Shown one piece after another: positions 1 through 13,024 of a stretch of 64,000 bases of DNA (the stretch's first letter is position 1; every line of letters begins with the position of its first letter). The notes under the pieces were generated by a model. The model ran no database searches, was not told where the DNA came from, and saw only the letters and a program-made list of their open reading frames with translations. The position numbers were made by a program, and so were the translations under genes. The DNA is from Octopus sinensis (lineage: Eukaryota): NCBI RefSeq assembly GCF_006345805.1, contig NC_043006.1, positions 46,748,001 to 46,812,000 of the forward strand, given 5' to 3'.

Positions 1-1475
1 ATTAATGAATTTAGAAGGATACATAGAGATTAGGTAAAGGAAATTATTCATATTCTTTTGTTCAATATATGAAGAGGGAGACGACGTAGGCGTATATTAA
101 TATAGTAGATGTTGAAGTTAATGAAAAAAGACTCTCAACTACTAGATGCTAAAAACGAACATGGCCACAAAAGTAATGGAGACTGTGATTATATAACGAG
201 GTACAAATATTTGTTTGCGTTACACACTCGCTAGTTAACAGATCACGTGGAGCAATCGAGTCCACACTGCATTACGAAAACCAGTCTTCATCTATGGTGT
301 ACGCTGGAATGATAGGATTAATAATTGTCTGTGTAATCTAGTGCTAGAATAGGGGTGGGGTGATTGGCAGGTATGTGGTAGGTGACAGATTTGGGAAATC
401 TTTTGTTAGTACAAAGTAGAACTGACATAACTGTCAGATTAACTTAGCGGTCGTGGTGGAACAATAGTGAATCTCGATGAATATTTTAGATGATTATATA
501 GGTGCGTGTGGGTGAGAGAGTGTGTATGTGCGCGTGTGTGTGCATACACACACATATATATATATATGTGTGTGTGTGTGTGTATGCATACATGACACAT
601 ATATGTATGCATAACTGTAAATATAAATATCTGTAAGATTAACTATAAAAGAGGCGAAGAGATGGAGAGAGCAAATGAAGACAGAGTGAGGGGTTGAATG
701 TACATTTCTCTCTCTCTCTCTCTCTCTCAAAAAAAAAAAAAACAAAACAAGGTTGCTAATTCAGAAGGAGAAAAATATAAATACACCAATCTATGGAGAG
801 TAAGAGACAAACAGAGAGAAGGAAAGAGAAGGAGAGAGAAAGAGGGGGAGAGGGAGAGAGCGAGAGAGAGCGATTAAGACAGTATCAGCTTGCAGAAATT
901 TCTGATAGTTTGCAAAGATATTCCTGTTATGGTTACTGTTGTAACTGAATACGGATGATATTAGTGAAAATTTACAAACTTTGCCATCCTTCGTTTTCAA
1001 TTTTGCGTAGCTTTTTCACACAGTAAATAAATATATTACTTTTCGTTTATTTCTTTACTTTTTTTGACAAACAAAAAACATTATCTCAATATTTCTTTAT
1101 GTCAGCATATTTGTAACTTTTTGTGAAGAAATGTTTTCCATGTGATGCAACTTTTGTTACAATGAAGCTGTCGAGAGTATTTTATCGGAATGTACAAATC
1201 AAATATACAATATTGTTAGGACCAACAGTGCATCGGCAAATGTCTCAGTATACAAATCATAATATATTTGCTATAAGACAAGAAATATTAATAAACCATA
1301 ATTACAGGGTCATTGATGAAAAAATATAATTATATAAATAATTAATTCTATCACAAGAAGACAAGGGAACCTACAGTAATTAATCAAGAATAATTAAATA
1401 TAATCTGATCTTTTGCAAATAATGTCGATCTTAATATCACAGAAAATGCAATTGATTTATAGATATTGTTTAAAA

Positions 1476-2086
1476 TTTTGGCACATGACCATCACATTTA
1501 GGAAGAATGTGCGAGTCGATTAGATCGTAGCCACTATTTAATTCACAATTATTCCGTGTTTACTGAAATGATGAAAGGCAAAGCCTACTTCGGCCGAATT
1601 TGAACTAAAAAGAATAAAGAAACGGAAGAAATGTCAGTAAGCGTTATGTCCGAAGTGCTAATGGTTCCGCCAGCTCCCGCTTTCGATTGTTTTATAGCAA
1701 TAATTTCTTCTACAAGAACAAGGCCTGGAATTTTCGGGGGCAGGAGCCAGTTGACTTGGTCCCCACTTGTGCTTCACTTGTACGTATTTTATCGACTCGA
1801 AAATGATGAACGGTACAGTCAATCTTGGTGGAATTTGAATTCAGAATGTAAAGAGACTAAGGACAACAGAACGCTTTTGTTCGATGTGCACTAACGATTC
1901 TGCCTGCTCACCTTCAATTGATTCATAAATAGTTCTACTGTAGGCAAAAATCCTGATATTTTGAAGGACTTGCTAGTGGACTTCATCGACCCCAGTGCTT
2001 GACTAGTAGAGATTTTCCCCTCTCCGAAAGGATGAAAAGTGAAGTTAAACTCGGAGGAATTCGAACGATGTTGCCAATTCATCGCC
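1476..2086 (-). mobile_element. Three adjacent degenerate copies of tRNA-headed SINE family A (1476-1683, 1702-1914, 1931-2086)
   Basis: Each has variants of the family A core seen intact at 10213-10445 and 29116-29766 (gatgaaaggcaaagtcgac..ggaatttgaact; B-box GAGTTCAAATTC on the minus strand) and head remnants (ctaacgattctgcctgctcacctt). Confidence 0.75.
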
Positions 2087-2602
2087 TGGAATTGTTATAT
2101 AATAATGCAATCTGCAAAATTGTGCGGCAAAAATCTTAATAACACCGAGTATGTTTTATTAAATTTACTCATAAGTTTTATTCAGGCAATGCGAAAATAT
2201 ATAACGTATGAATAGAAATTGTTTGAATATCTGTATATATTGTCTATTTTGTAATTCACTCATTGGTTTCGGTCTAATGACTAAAATCAGTAAATGTGAC
2301 ACGGTTTTAAGAAAGTTTAATCTAACATATCGACTCCGATATTTATTTCAGTCTGGTACTGATTTTATCGATCCGTATATTGTTGTGGTTCAAAGTTACC
2401 TTTGTGAAATAATACAGTTGTTTTCAACCGGTAACATAATACCACAGACATTGGCATAAACACACATATGCAACTACAAATAAAAAGATACATACAAATT
2501 TTTATGATTTCTGATTTATTATTAGTGCTGCTTAATATGTTTTGCTAAAATTGCTGTTTCTTTTCAGATATCATCCGGAAAAGTTAATTAAAATTCATTA
2601 AA

Positions 2603-3699
2603 GTGACAGATCTATCGGACTTACATAAAGGTCAAATTGTTTGTGCTCGCATGGCAGGCGCTAGCGTAACGAAATCAGTCGAAATGTTTGGTGCCTAAAG
2701 AATTACTGTCTCGAAAGTAATGACAGCCTTTGAGAAAGTGGGTACAACCTCCTTGTCGAAACAAAACTCCGGAAAAAAAACAAAATTTTCAGATAGGGAC
2801 CGTCGGACATTTACGCGAATTTTAAAAAGGATCACAAAATTATAGCTCCCAAAATTACTACAGAACTTAATTACCACCTCGAGATCCCACTTTCCATAAA
2901 GACTGTTCGTCGGGAGATCAACAAAGCCGGATTTCACGGGGGGACTGCAATCAGAAAACCACTACTTTCAGAAACAAACGTTGCAAAGCGTTTAGAATGG
3001 AGTAAAAACCGACAGAATTGGTCTCTAGTGCAGTGGAAGAATGTTATTTTCTTGAACGAGTCATCCTTTACCTTATGTCCGACCACCGGCCGAGTATACG
3101 TGTGGAGACAGCCAAAAGAAGCATTTGACACAGGCTGTCGTCTTCCAACTGTTAAACATGGTGGAGGATCTGTGATGATCTGGGAGGCTATATCTTGGAA
3201 ATCCGCCGGCCCAATGGATTCCCTTCATGACAGAATTGATAGACAAGATTATTTAAGCATTTTATCTGACCAAATTCATCCTATGTTTGAGGAACTGTTT
3301 GCGGGGGAAGGGGGATGAAATCTTTCAGGATGATAATGCACGAATTCACACAGATAAATTTGTTACTGAATGGCATAAGGAACATTGTAGTGAAGTTGAA
3401 CATCTTATCTAGCCACCAAAGTCTCCAGGTCTCAATATTATTGAATGTTTATGTTACATTTTAGAAAAACAGTTAAGGAGTCGATATCCTGCACCATCAT
3501 CACTACAAGAACTGGAGACAGTTTTAGTTGAAGGATGGACAAAAATTCCCTTGAAAACAATTCAAACTTTGTACGAGTCCATACCTCGTAGAATTCAAGC
3601 TTTAATTACTGCCAAAGGAAGTCCTATACCATATTAATATAAATTAAACAACTTAAAATTTGAAATTTTAAGTTGTTTCCATTATTTTGTCCAGCCCCT
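2603..3699 (+). mobile_element. Tc1-family (DD34E) transposon, decayed, ~345-codon transposase pseudogene plus right TIR
   Basis: Frameshifted translation 2603-3637: (V)TDLSDLHKGQIVCARMAGAS..., FLNESSF (first D to N), VKHGGGSVMIW, FQDDNARIHT, PPKSPGLNIIE, SIPRRIQALITAKGSPIPY*. Tc1-type end gtttccattattttgtccagcccct at 3675-3699. Left TIR not found. Confidence 0.92.
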
Positions 3700-3710
3700 C
3701 TCTCTCTCTT

Positions 3711-3744
<34 letters not shown>

Positions 3745-3767
3745 ATATTATATATATATATATATAT

Positions 3768-4675
3768 ATCAGGTTATTAACTATGAAATGTCCGATTTCC
3801 TTATGCACTAAGTTTGATAGTCGTTTTATCCTGACAATTCTTTGTTTTAAAACATTGAAGAGTTACCTCATCACTTTTCGAAATGCAGTTTTTTGGTGTC
3901 TGATTATATTGTGAGTTTTCTCTTGTAAATGAATTTTTGGGAACCCATGGATAGATTAAAAAAGATTGTGCTGTTCATGAATATGAGTTCCGTCGTGGGA
4001 ACCAATGCATCCGAGACAGCTCGAAACATCAATGAGTATTTGGTGAAGATATGGCAAATGAGCGCACTGAACGTCGATGGTTTGAGAAGCTTTGGTCTCC
4101 GGAATTTACTCTGGAAAATCATCCCCTTGGTAGACCTGAGACCAAGGCGGATAATGATGAGCTGGAAGCTGTAGTGGAAGCGGATACATTTGAAACTACG
4201 CGTGAGTTAGAAGTGAAGTTTGATATTTCGATTCCAACTGTATTGGACCACCTGAAACAGATCGGCGAAGTAAAGAAGCTGGACAAGTGGGCATCACACG
4301 AACTGATCGAGCATCATATGATACGTCGTCTTGAAACTTGCTGTTTTTTGCTGTCACGCTATAAAAGCGAAACGTTCTTGCATCGTATTTCGACGTGTGA
4401 TGAAAAATAGATTATTTTTAAAACATAGCAAGCGTTCTGCACGGTAGTGGGTAGAGGCGAAGTGCCACAACACAATCCAAAAAAGAATATTCATAAAAAA
4501 AAAAGCTAAGCTCATGGCGTATGTTTGGCGGTCCAGCGATGCTGTCATCCACTACATCTTCATGAGACGTGGTAAGTCATTTACAACGGACGTATACATC
4601 AGCCAGTTGGATGAAATGATGGGTGAACAACCGAAATTGGTCAATAGAGACCGGCCAATTCTCTGGCAAGACAAT
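3768..4675 (+). mobile_element. mariner (DD34D, Mos1/SETMAR-like) transposon, 3'-truncated pseudogene
   Basis: Starts right after a (TA)n tract; ATG at 3947. Reads EYEFRRG..ASETARNINE, ANERTERRWFEK, KKLDKWASHEL (WVPHEL motif), ISTCDEK* (D1) and PILWQDN (D2). Sequence breaks off after D2. Confidence 0.92.
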
Positions 4676-4836
4676 AGATAGATGGAGGGAGGAGAGATGT
4701 GTATGATCAGAAAGAGGAGAAAGGTCAAAACTAAAACAGGAAGAGAAAATAAGATAGAAAAAGAAAAAAAGAAAAACGGGTGAGAGACAGACAGAAGCAA
4801 AGAGTGAAAAAAGATTAATATAAAAGAAGAGTGAAG

Positions 4837-4892
4837 TATATATGTATGTACATATACATATATATATATATACATATATACATATATACATA

Positions 4893-4972
<80 letters not shown>

Positions 4973-5073
4973 ATATATATACATACATATACATACATAT
5001 ATATATAATATATATATATATATTATATATATATATATATACTTACATATATATATATACTTATATATATATA
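4837..5073. repeat. (TA)n/(TATG) microsatellite
   Basis: Direct inspection; source of the YI-rich ORFs at 4552-4998. Confidence 0.97.
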
Positions 5074-5570
5074 AAATACGTATACATCCATATATAAGAT
5101 TATGTGCATCAGTGTATTTCTATTCCTTCCTCTCTGTATAAATATTCATACACGCATATAAACAAACATACACCATGGTGCGCAACGGTGTGACCTGTTC
5201 GCTCTCATTTATAAAGAAAATATGAATGTCCTCGAGAGATGTTAACTCAATATAGTAATATGTCAGCCTGCACTTATCAAATATAATTCTGTTAAAGTGG
5301 TAAAAATGAGTGTGTAAAATAAGAAACTATTATTTATACAAAGATTTTATACACCAAATAAATGTTAAGTATAAAAAAAAAGTAAAATCCTCCACTGGAA
5401 TTTATTCATAAATTTTCCCCTCATCACATATTGTTACAGAATGCCATAGGAGACAATATTCCCTGTCACGTGATACATAAAGCACACACACACACACCAC
5501 ACACACACACACACACACCACATATATATATATATATATATACATAAGTATAAATATTTCTATAATATTA

Positions 5571-5601
<31 letters not shown>

Positions 5602-5602
5602 C

Positions 5603-5648
<46 letters not shown>

Positions 5649-6003
5649 GCATATATGTATGTAATGAGATGCTGAATTTCCTTGAAAGATGTATGGTTAA
5701 TTATTGAATTTGTTCAATAACTACTCTCTGAAATTCTTCTCTGTGTTGTGTTTACACATCTATCTGCCGACTGAGAGTCGATGATAATGCTGAGCTCAGA
5801 TGTTGGTCCATTTACAGTGAGAGGTTAATATGCTAGTTAATTCCTTTATCAAACAGAATATATTCCTAAAACTAAGTTATATATCAGTGTTAATATAATA
5901 CAAACCTCATTCGCTACTTATGTAATCATGGCATTTGTTCGAAAGCGAAATAGAGATTATGTTTAGAGAGAGGGCGAGAAAGAAATATGGAAGCAGAGAA
6001 GGG

Positions 6004-6037
<34 letters not shown>

Positions 6038-6288
6038 CAAATATATCCCTGTGATTCAGCTGGTAAAATATGATATCTATCTATCTAATTGAGGATGAAA
6101 TTTCTTCTTCAATCAATGTCATATTTATATGCCCTGAAGACATCGTACCAATAATGCATAAATAGCTGCCTATAAAAATGCAACGCTTGTCGGACTATTA
6201 TACTACCTGGAAATAAACTTAAAGTTTGAATGTTGAAATTATTTATTTTTCTTATTTTCAATGTATATGTGTGTGTGTGTGTGTATTC

Positions 6289-6337
<49 letters not shown>

Positions 6338-6341
6338 TTTA

Positions 6342-7400
6342 CAATGTGTCCCCAAAAATGTATACACTCTTGAAATAATTGTAAAGTAGGTGTTTATTAA
6401 AATACATATCATTAACAAAATTTAATAGAATCTACAGACATAATTTCATTGTTTTGTTGCTGACGTCCGTTCTGGTCCAGGTACTATTGAAAAGGCAAAG
6501 CAATGGAATCGCAAATATCACGAAACAATTCGTTTGGCATTTGTGTGCATTCTCGTCCAATTGCTGCTCTCAAATCAGCGACTGTTGCAGGCTTCATAGC
6601 GTAGACTTTGTGTTTTATATATTCCCTTAAAAGAAGTCTTAGGATGTGTGATGTCTGGTGAACGCCGAAGGTGTTGAACGACACCACTTCGTCCAAGCCA
6701 CCTGTTTGGCAGGATCTCATGAAGGAAGGATCTAACATAGTGATGGTAGTGTTGGAGTGTCCCATGTTGCTGAAAATGAAACTCATCATCTTGAAAGTCT
6801 TCCCCGATGCTTGGCATAACAGACTGTTACAGCAAGTTCAAGTAAACGGGACCAGTCTCAGTAGCATCAAAAATGGTCCAATTAATCCTCTTGATGATAA
6901 GCCACACCACAGAGTAACTCTTGGTAAATTAACATGGCTTTCCATCATAACATGCGGATTCTCAGGTTCCCAGCAGGTGTAACTGTGTTGGTTAGTTGAA
7001 TCATTTAATTTGATTGTGGCCTCATCACTCCACACAATCTTTGTTGGAATGTTTGCATCTTCAACACATCGTGGCAAGTACCATTCGCAATACTGCACTC
7101 TGGTTTGGATCATTGCCATTAATAGCATGTAATTTTTCCATTGACAACGCTTCAGAATGCGTTGGACAAACGATTTTGGAATATCAACCTTATGACTCGC
7201 TTGCCACACATAATTTTCTGGACTTTGGTGATTCGTTTCCAGTACTCCTTCTTGCTTTGTGGTGGTTACTGGTGTTCGTGGTCTTCTGAAATGCTTCTCG
7301 TGGACATTCTGAATAGTTTCATCGGCTTCAAACTTATCTCTAATTCGAGTGATGGTGAGTTGTACTGGTGGATCTGTTTGAAACTCCTTCTTAAACTGAT
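6342..7400 (-). mobile_element. Tc1/mariner DD41D (rosa/VS-like, DUF4817-type N-terminus) transposon remnant
   Basis: Minus-strand peptides [72 protein letters not shown] and KVYAMKPATVADLRAAI. The 36 residues from D2 (here H) to the SPD aspartate fit DD41D spacing. Terminus TA|caatgtgtccccaaaaatgtatacac at 6340-6367 abuts (TA)n. Confidence 0.88.
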
Positions 7401-8208
7401 GACGAGTATAAATATCACTATTACAATTATCCGTTTATGAATATCTGAATCTTTACGTATGAAACAAATTATATATTACCACAAGAAAATAAAAACTATA
7501 ATCTATTTTAACATCTAATCTCCTCCGTTACATAAATATGAATGACTTTGTTGATCTGTGTTTAATAAGTTAAATGGTAGGTAGAAAATTTCTTTGATAT
7601 ATTAATATTGTTTAATCCAGCTATGAAAAACTACACAAAGCAAAGGTTCATATATTATTTTGTTTAAATATCGCATGTATTCACAGTTAATGGATAATTA
7701 ACATTTTCGTTTCTGATCCAAAAATCAAATTCAACAACTCTGTGGCTAGCATTTAAATTATATCTTCTCTAATTCTTTGCTTTCGATGCTCAGTTTTTGT
7801 GATTGCAGCTCTGCCGAAATGATCACAAAGCTAACAGATAAAGATTAAATCCAAAAGAAAAAGGCTAGGAGTTTAATATATCCCCCGGCGCGGATATTTT
7901 GCGTGTAGAGATTGGCGTAAATTGACAAGGCCCCATGGACACCTCCAAACTTCCTCGTACAATAATGTTCGAGAATGTTCAAGTACCACATTAGTTTAAA
8001 AAACCCGCATTTTGAAACAGTGACAAAAACTATAGCGATCAATATCATGCAGTGTTGTGTATACAAAAACAAAAACAATTAATGCTATTGAAACTAACAA
8101 ACAATTACCTGGAAGTTGTTTTTCAAAAGCCAAACGTCACAATGAAATGTACCGACAGTGTCTCAATATATAATATTGTTTCACCAACGAGTAATGTTTA
8201 GACTAGAA

Positions 8209-10087
8209 CAGAGCGTAGTTAAGGGGTGTTGTTTTTGAAGCCGAGTCGGATTGTTTTTCGTGAGTAGAGCGTTAATTAATTGTTCGTTATTGCTGTTTGT
8301 TGATATTGTTAATTGTTATTGTTTGATTTTTTCCATTGAAGTAAAATGGAGGAAACGCCAGCGGGCGGCCACAGTTATGCGGCAGTGACTGGAAAAGGAG
8401 CTGAAGATAAAACGTTGGAGACATTCGAAATCAAGGTCGAACCAAGAAAAACTGAAAGCATGGGAAAAGTTACTAGAGAAGAAGGGCGAGACGTTAAAGT
8501 TGGCGCCACCTGCAGAGATGACTAACAGCATCACGAAGCGAACAGTCACGTATAAAACTATGAGAATTGCAACAAGAAAGATAGAGATTGCGACAGTGGA
8601 AGAGATAGAAGTATTGAAAAATATTAAAAAGTTAACAACTTTTAGAATAAGAGGAAGGAAGTATGCCACCGAGACAATAAGATCGGAAGAGTGTATACTT
8701 TTGCCGTCGTACTGCGGCAAACGTGTGGCCAGAGTACAAGTAGGCCAAGTACCCCCAGAACTAGAAGAGGTATGGCACATGGCAGCCATAATGTTCAATA
8801 TGAAGGATGGGGCCAAGATATTGAAGGCCACAAGGACCAATAAGCTCTACTACTGGGGATATGGGATAGAATCCACTATCCAGGCAACAGTAGAGGATCT
8901 GAATAGGATTGCTGAAGAGATAGTGCTTCCAGACGGCTCGAGATTGAGAATGAAGGTGGAGGGCAGGCCGCCTGTATGCTTTGAATGTGGAGAGAAGGGC
9001 TATACGAACGCATGGTGCACCACGAAAAAGCAGCAAGCGGAGCATGTGGAGAGACAAAAGGGTGTGAACCAGGTAGAACAGGTCGAGACAAAGGAAAAAG
9101 AAACAGGGATGATTTTACTGTGGTAAAAAGAAAAGAAGGAGTTGCGGAGGGATAGGTTCTACGCCAGAGAAACAGAAAAAAGAAGAGAGAAGATATGAGA
9201 AAAAAACTGTGAAGGAGGTCAGCAGGAAGGAAGACAAAAGGGTGACAGAGAAAGGAAGTAAAAAGAAAGTGGAGTTACAAGTAAAGATACCTGTTGTTCA
9301 GTTGGAAAAGGATTCGGAAATTCAACTGACCGAAGAGGAGAGGGAGAGAGTATTTAGAGTGGAGGAGGAAAAGAGAGAACAAAGAGTTCAAAATAAAGGA
9401 AAGCAGATACGAGGAGGAAATGGAGTATGGTATTACGTGACCTACCCAAAGAATATAGAAACAGAGAAGAAGATAGTCAAGTTTAATCAAATAGAAAGAG
9501 TGAAAGTACCATCATACATACATGCAGAGGATATGAAGGCGATAGTGATCGACAAGAAAAATTACAAGAAACAGGAAGAAATGTGTGGAGATAGTGTTGA
9601 CCCACCAGGAGTAATGGTGGAATTCAAAGAATTGCCACCAGTAGTGGATTTAATAGCAATTGAGCCATTGATGAAGTAATACTAAAAAGAAAATAAGTAT
9701 GTTAAATTGACAGGAAAAAAAGAAAAGAAAAAAGAAAAAGGACAAAAAGAAAAAGGAGAAAAAAACGAAAGAGCCAGGTGTTTTTTGTTATGTTTTAAAA
9801 AAGATATTGAGAAATAGAAGAACAATTGTAGATAATGTATATAACGATTCAAATACTTGCAAGGTATGTAACACGATAATTAATTGTTATGTAATTACAT
9901 GATAAAAATGGACTGTAAAAAAGATTACTGGTACTGCACGTGATGAGGTGCGCATGCAGACATTCATAACCTCATTGTTATATAATCATCTCATTCATAT
10001 CCGTTTTATGTATTGTCCCTTCTGTGGTGTCATGTCTGTCCTTATTTGTACCCCTCTATTTTGGGCCCTTGTGGATAATAAAGAAAA
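8209..10087 (+). mobile_element. ORF1-only non-autonomous non-LTR retroelement (HAL1-like architecture, L1/Tx1-type ORF1)
   Basis: T/G-rich leader, one gag-like ORF1 (8346-9679), ~400 bp 3' UTR with no RT or endonuclease, ending in a tail shared with SINE family A1 (10033-10086). The 5' boundary is approximate. Confidence 0.7.
8346..9679 (+). pseudogene. gag-like ORF1 protein (~445 aa reconstructed; RRM-like region + zinc knuckle + basic/acidic C-terminus), about 3 frameshifts
   Basis: MEETPAGGHSYAAVTG... (SYAAV motif), shift near 8445 into KLKAWEKLLEKKGETLKLAPP...RVQVGQVPPE...GRPPVCFECGEKGYTNAWC (CX2CX4HX4C with H to Y), shifts near 9105-9135 (DDFTVVKRK), then into ORF 9209-9679. No in-frame stops other than those caused by shifts. 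Confidence 0.8.
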
Positions 10088-10212
10088 GAGTATTTTTTTT
10101 TCTAAAGTAATGTGCGTCACTAGATGTTGAGACAACGGCATATTCATAACTTCTATGCATCGCACTTTTATTTTTCAGATAATTTCTAAACCACCGGATA
10201 GTAAATACTTTT

Positions 10213-10445
10213 TTTTTTACTATCCACAAGGGGCTAAACACAGAGAGGACAAACAAGGACAGACAAAGGGATTAAGTCGATTACATCAACCCCCAGTGTG
10301 TAATTGGTACTTAATTTATCGACCTCGAAAGGATGAAAGACAAAGTCGACCTCGGTGTAATTTGAACTCAGAACATAACGGCAGACGAAGTACGGCTACG
10401 CATTTCGCCCGGCGTGCTAACGTTTCTGCCAGCTCGCCGCCTTCA
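10213..10445 (-). mobile_element. Full-length tRNA-headed SINE family A, tail type A1, with 16-bp TSD
   Basis: Head aaggcggcgagctggcagaaacgttag (A box), gagttcaaatt (B box); TSD gatagtaaatactttt at 10197-10212 and 10446-10461. Confidence 0.93.
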
Positions 10446-10818
10446 GATAGTAAATACTTTTCCTGCAGAAAAGCTTAGTGAAGTTTACATATATCTGTAG
10501 AAGATAGAAGACAGTAACGTTGAAGGCCACTGTATTAAGGTGGGTGATTTAGGTTGAAAATGAGTAACAAGCAGCTATGTTCCCTTGCATCTTAATGGTT
10601 CTCCATATCTAGATCACTTTGCGTTGAGCCTTTAGCTGCAGGCCATTTAAAGGTCCTGTAAATGGTAACATCATTCCAATATATTGGAGTATAACTTTTG
10701 TTTAAACAGCTTTTGAGTATGTACGATTGATAAGTTCTGTTGACTCATTTCTAGGACAATGAGTTTTCCTCAATAATCTGGTAACAACATTCATGCAGAA
10801 TATAGTATGATACAATAC

Positions 10819-10854
<36 letters not shown>

Positions 10855-12153
10855 GCTTTCACGCATACACGCACACACACACACATAATATTGAAATATG
10901 TATACATAAATAAAAATTTGCAAAATTCTATGTTATTTGTCCTTGGGCATCAATATGTGTGGAAATGCTATCATTTGTTTAGTAACCATTTGAATAATTA
11001 TGACACGAATTAGTATATAATTAATATTCTTTCATATTCCAAGCTTAAAATAAAGCTTACTGAATTTCTTGGCATATTTGCGTTTAAATCTGAAACATTT
11101 ACATATTTGTGATTTCGTAAACAAAAGTAACAGTAGGCATGCTATACATAACACAATAGATTTAATGAGCTCTTTATTCCCTTTGACAATAACAGATTCA
11201 ATAATTATACTTATTTAACATAATTTGGCAACATTCTTGAAATGAAATCTGTACCCGTTATAGGAATTCACATTAGCATTAAAAGCCATAGAATAATTCG
11301 ACAATTCCTGCAGCGTTAATTCTTGCACTCAAACACAATAGTACCTAAAGTCACGTTCTTATGGATGATTTGTGTTAATTGGGTTTGCCGTGGATAATGA
11401 GTATGTTTGAGTACGAAAAATTAGCATTTTTGCTGTTTATCAAAGGAACGATTATATTCATTCCAAATTTACAATGAATTTTATCGTTAAACGTTTTAAG
11501 GCAAAGAATTCTTCAAGCTAAAATTGCAAGAATCGGATTAGGTTAGAATCGATTAGATATTTTTTTCCAATGGTAAGTGTATGTTTTACCAACTCCAGAG
11601 GCAAAAAAAAAAAAGATGCAGAAATCGAGCACAAGTATATTTTGATGTATAAGGGTAAAAATGAAACAAATAAATATCACAAAACATTTTCTCCGACGCC
11701 CAACATATTTCGTTAAGTCGAGAAAAAATTCTTAATGTAATAATGATAAGAAAATCCTTAAACTAAACCGTTTCGTCTACGTAACACAGAAAAAAAGTAG
11801 GCGCATATAATTTCCCCGTAAAACAATCTAATGTTTGCTCGAGAGAATAAAACAATGTGAGCTATTGTATTGAAGTCAATCGGTATATAGAACTACTTAC
11901 AAGCATTCCATTATTTACTTTAGAATATTAACAGTTCAAATACATTTCAGGAAGAAGACAAAAAGGAGTTGATTAACCCCGGAAGTATAATTATACGACA
12001 ATTGCATAATAAAGCTGACCTCATCAGTAAATTCATTCGCTATCAATTATAAACCATTATATTTCTATAATGATTTAATTTAAAATTTGTATATTAATAC
12101 AATATAAAGTGTGCAAATGCAGGCGTGCGTGAGCATACACAGGCAAGCTTTCA

Positions 12154-12156
<3 letters not shown>

Positions 12157-12221
<65 letters not shown>

Positions 12222-12486
12222 TTCGCAAACAAATACATTCAGGAATATGTTATGCGCACAAACGTCAACGTGGATACGTCTGCATATTATTGACATAATG
12301 ATTCTGTCATAGCACAAAGCAGTATTGCTATGTGTATGTACGTATATACATTTGTGTTTCTCGCAGGTAAAATTATCGGAACGTCATATGATATATATAT
12401 ATATATATATATATATTCATACTTATATGAATGTGTAGATATATACATACATACACACATATAAGTATAAATATATATATACACAC

Positions 12487-12548
<62 letters not shown>

Positions 12549-12939
12549 GTGTGTGTACATGTGTGTATGAATATGAATGTTTTATGTTTGCATCTTTATA
12601 AATCAGTTCAGTGTATTTTGCAACGATGTGTGTGAGTGCGTGTGTGTATGTAGGGACATATGCCGGTTTATTAACATCGTAATTCAAGCAAATGTAAAGC
12701 TGTCGATATAAAATTGCTACTCTGCTTAATTTGTACATCATCAGACATAAGTGATTGAAACGTACCTACACGCACTCACATGCACGCATATCGACACGCA
12801 TATATATGTATATTTGTATATACATATATGTGTGTATGTGTGTATATAGATATCCGTCAGAGTGTGAAACAAATACACCTATGTCTAATCCTATACATAT
12901 ATCTCAATGCATGCGTCTCTCTCCTGACATATATACATA

Positions 12940-13024
<85 letters not shown>

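Noticed and set aside
2095-2115. Possible left TIR of the Tc1 element (aataatgcaatc)
   Set aside because: Only a short partial match to the right TIR; not distinguishable from chance.
8189-8208. Possible TSD for the ORF1-only element (8189-8208 versus 10088-10107)
   Set aside because: Only 13/20 matches in T-rich sequence, too diverged for an element with a well-preserved ORF. Used only as a rough 5' boundary.
8316-8840. 174-aa hydrophobic ORF on the minus strand
   Set aside because: Antisense shadow of the purine-rich ORF1 on the plus strand; no independent motif.
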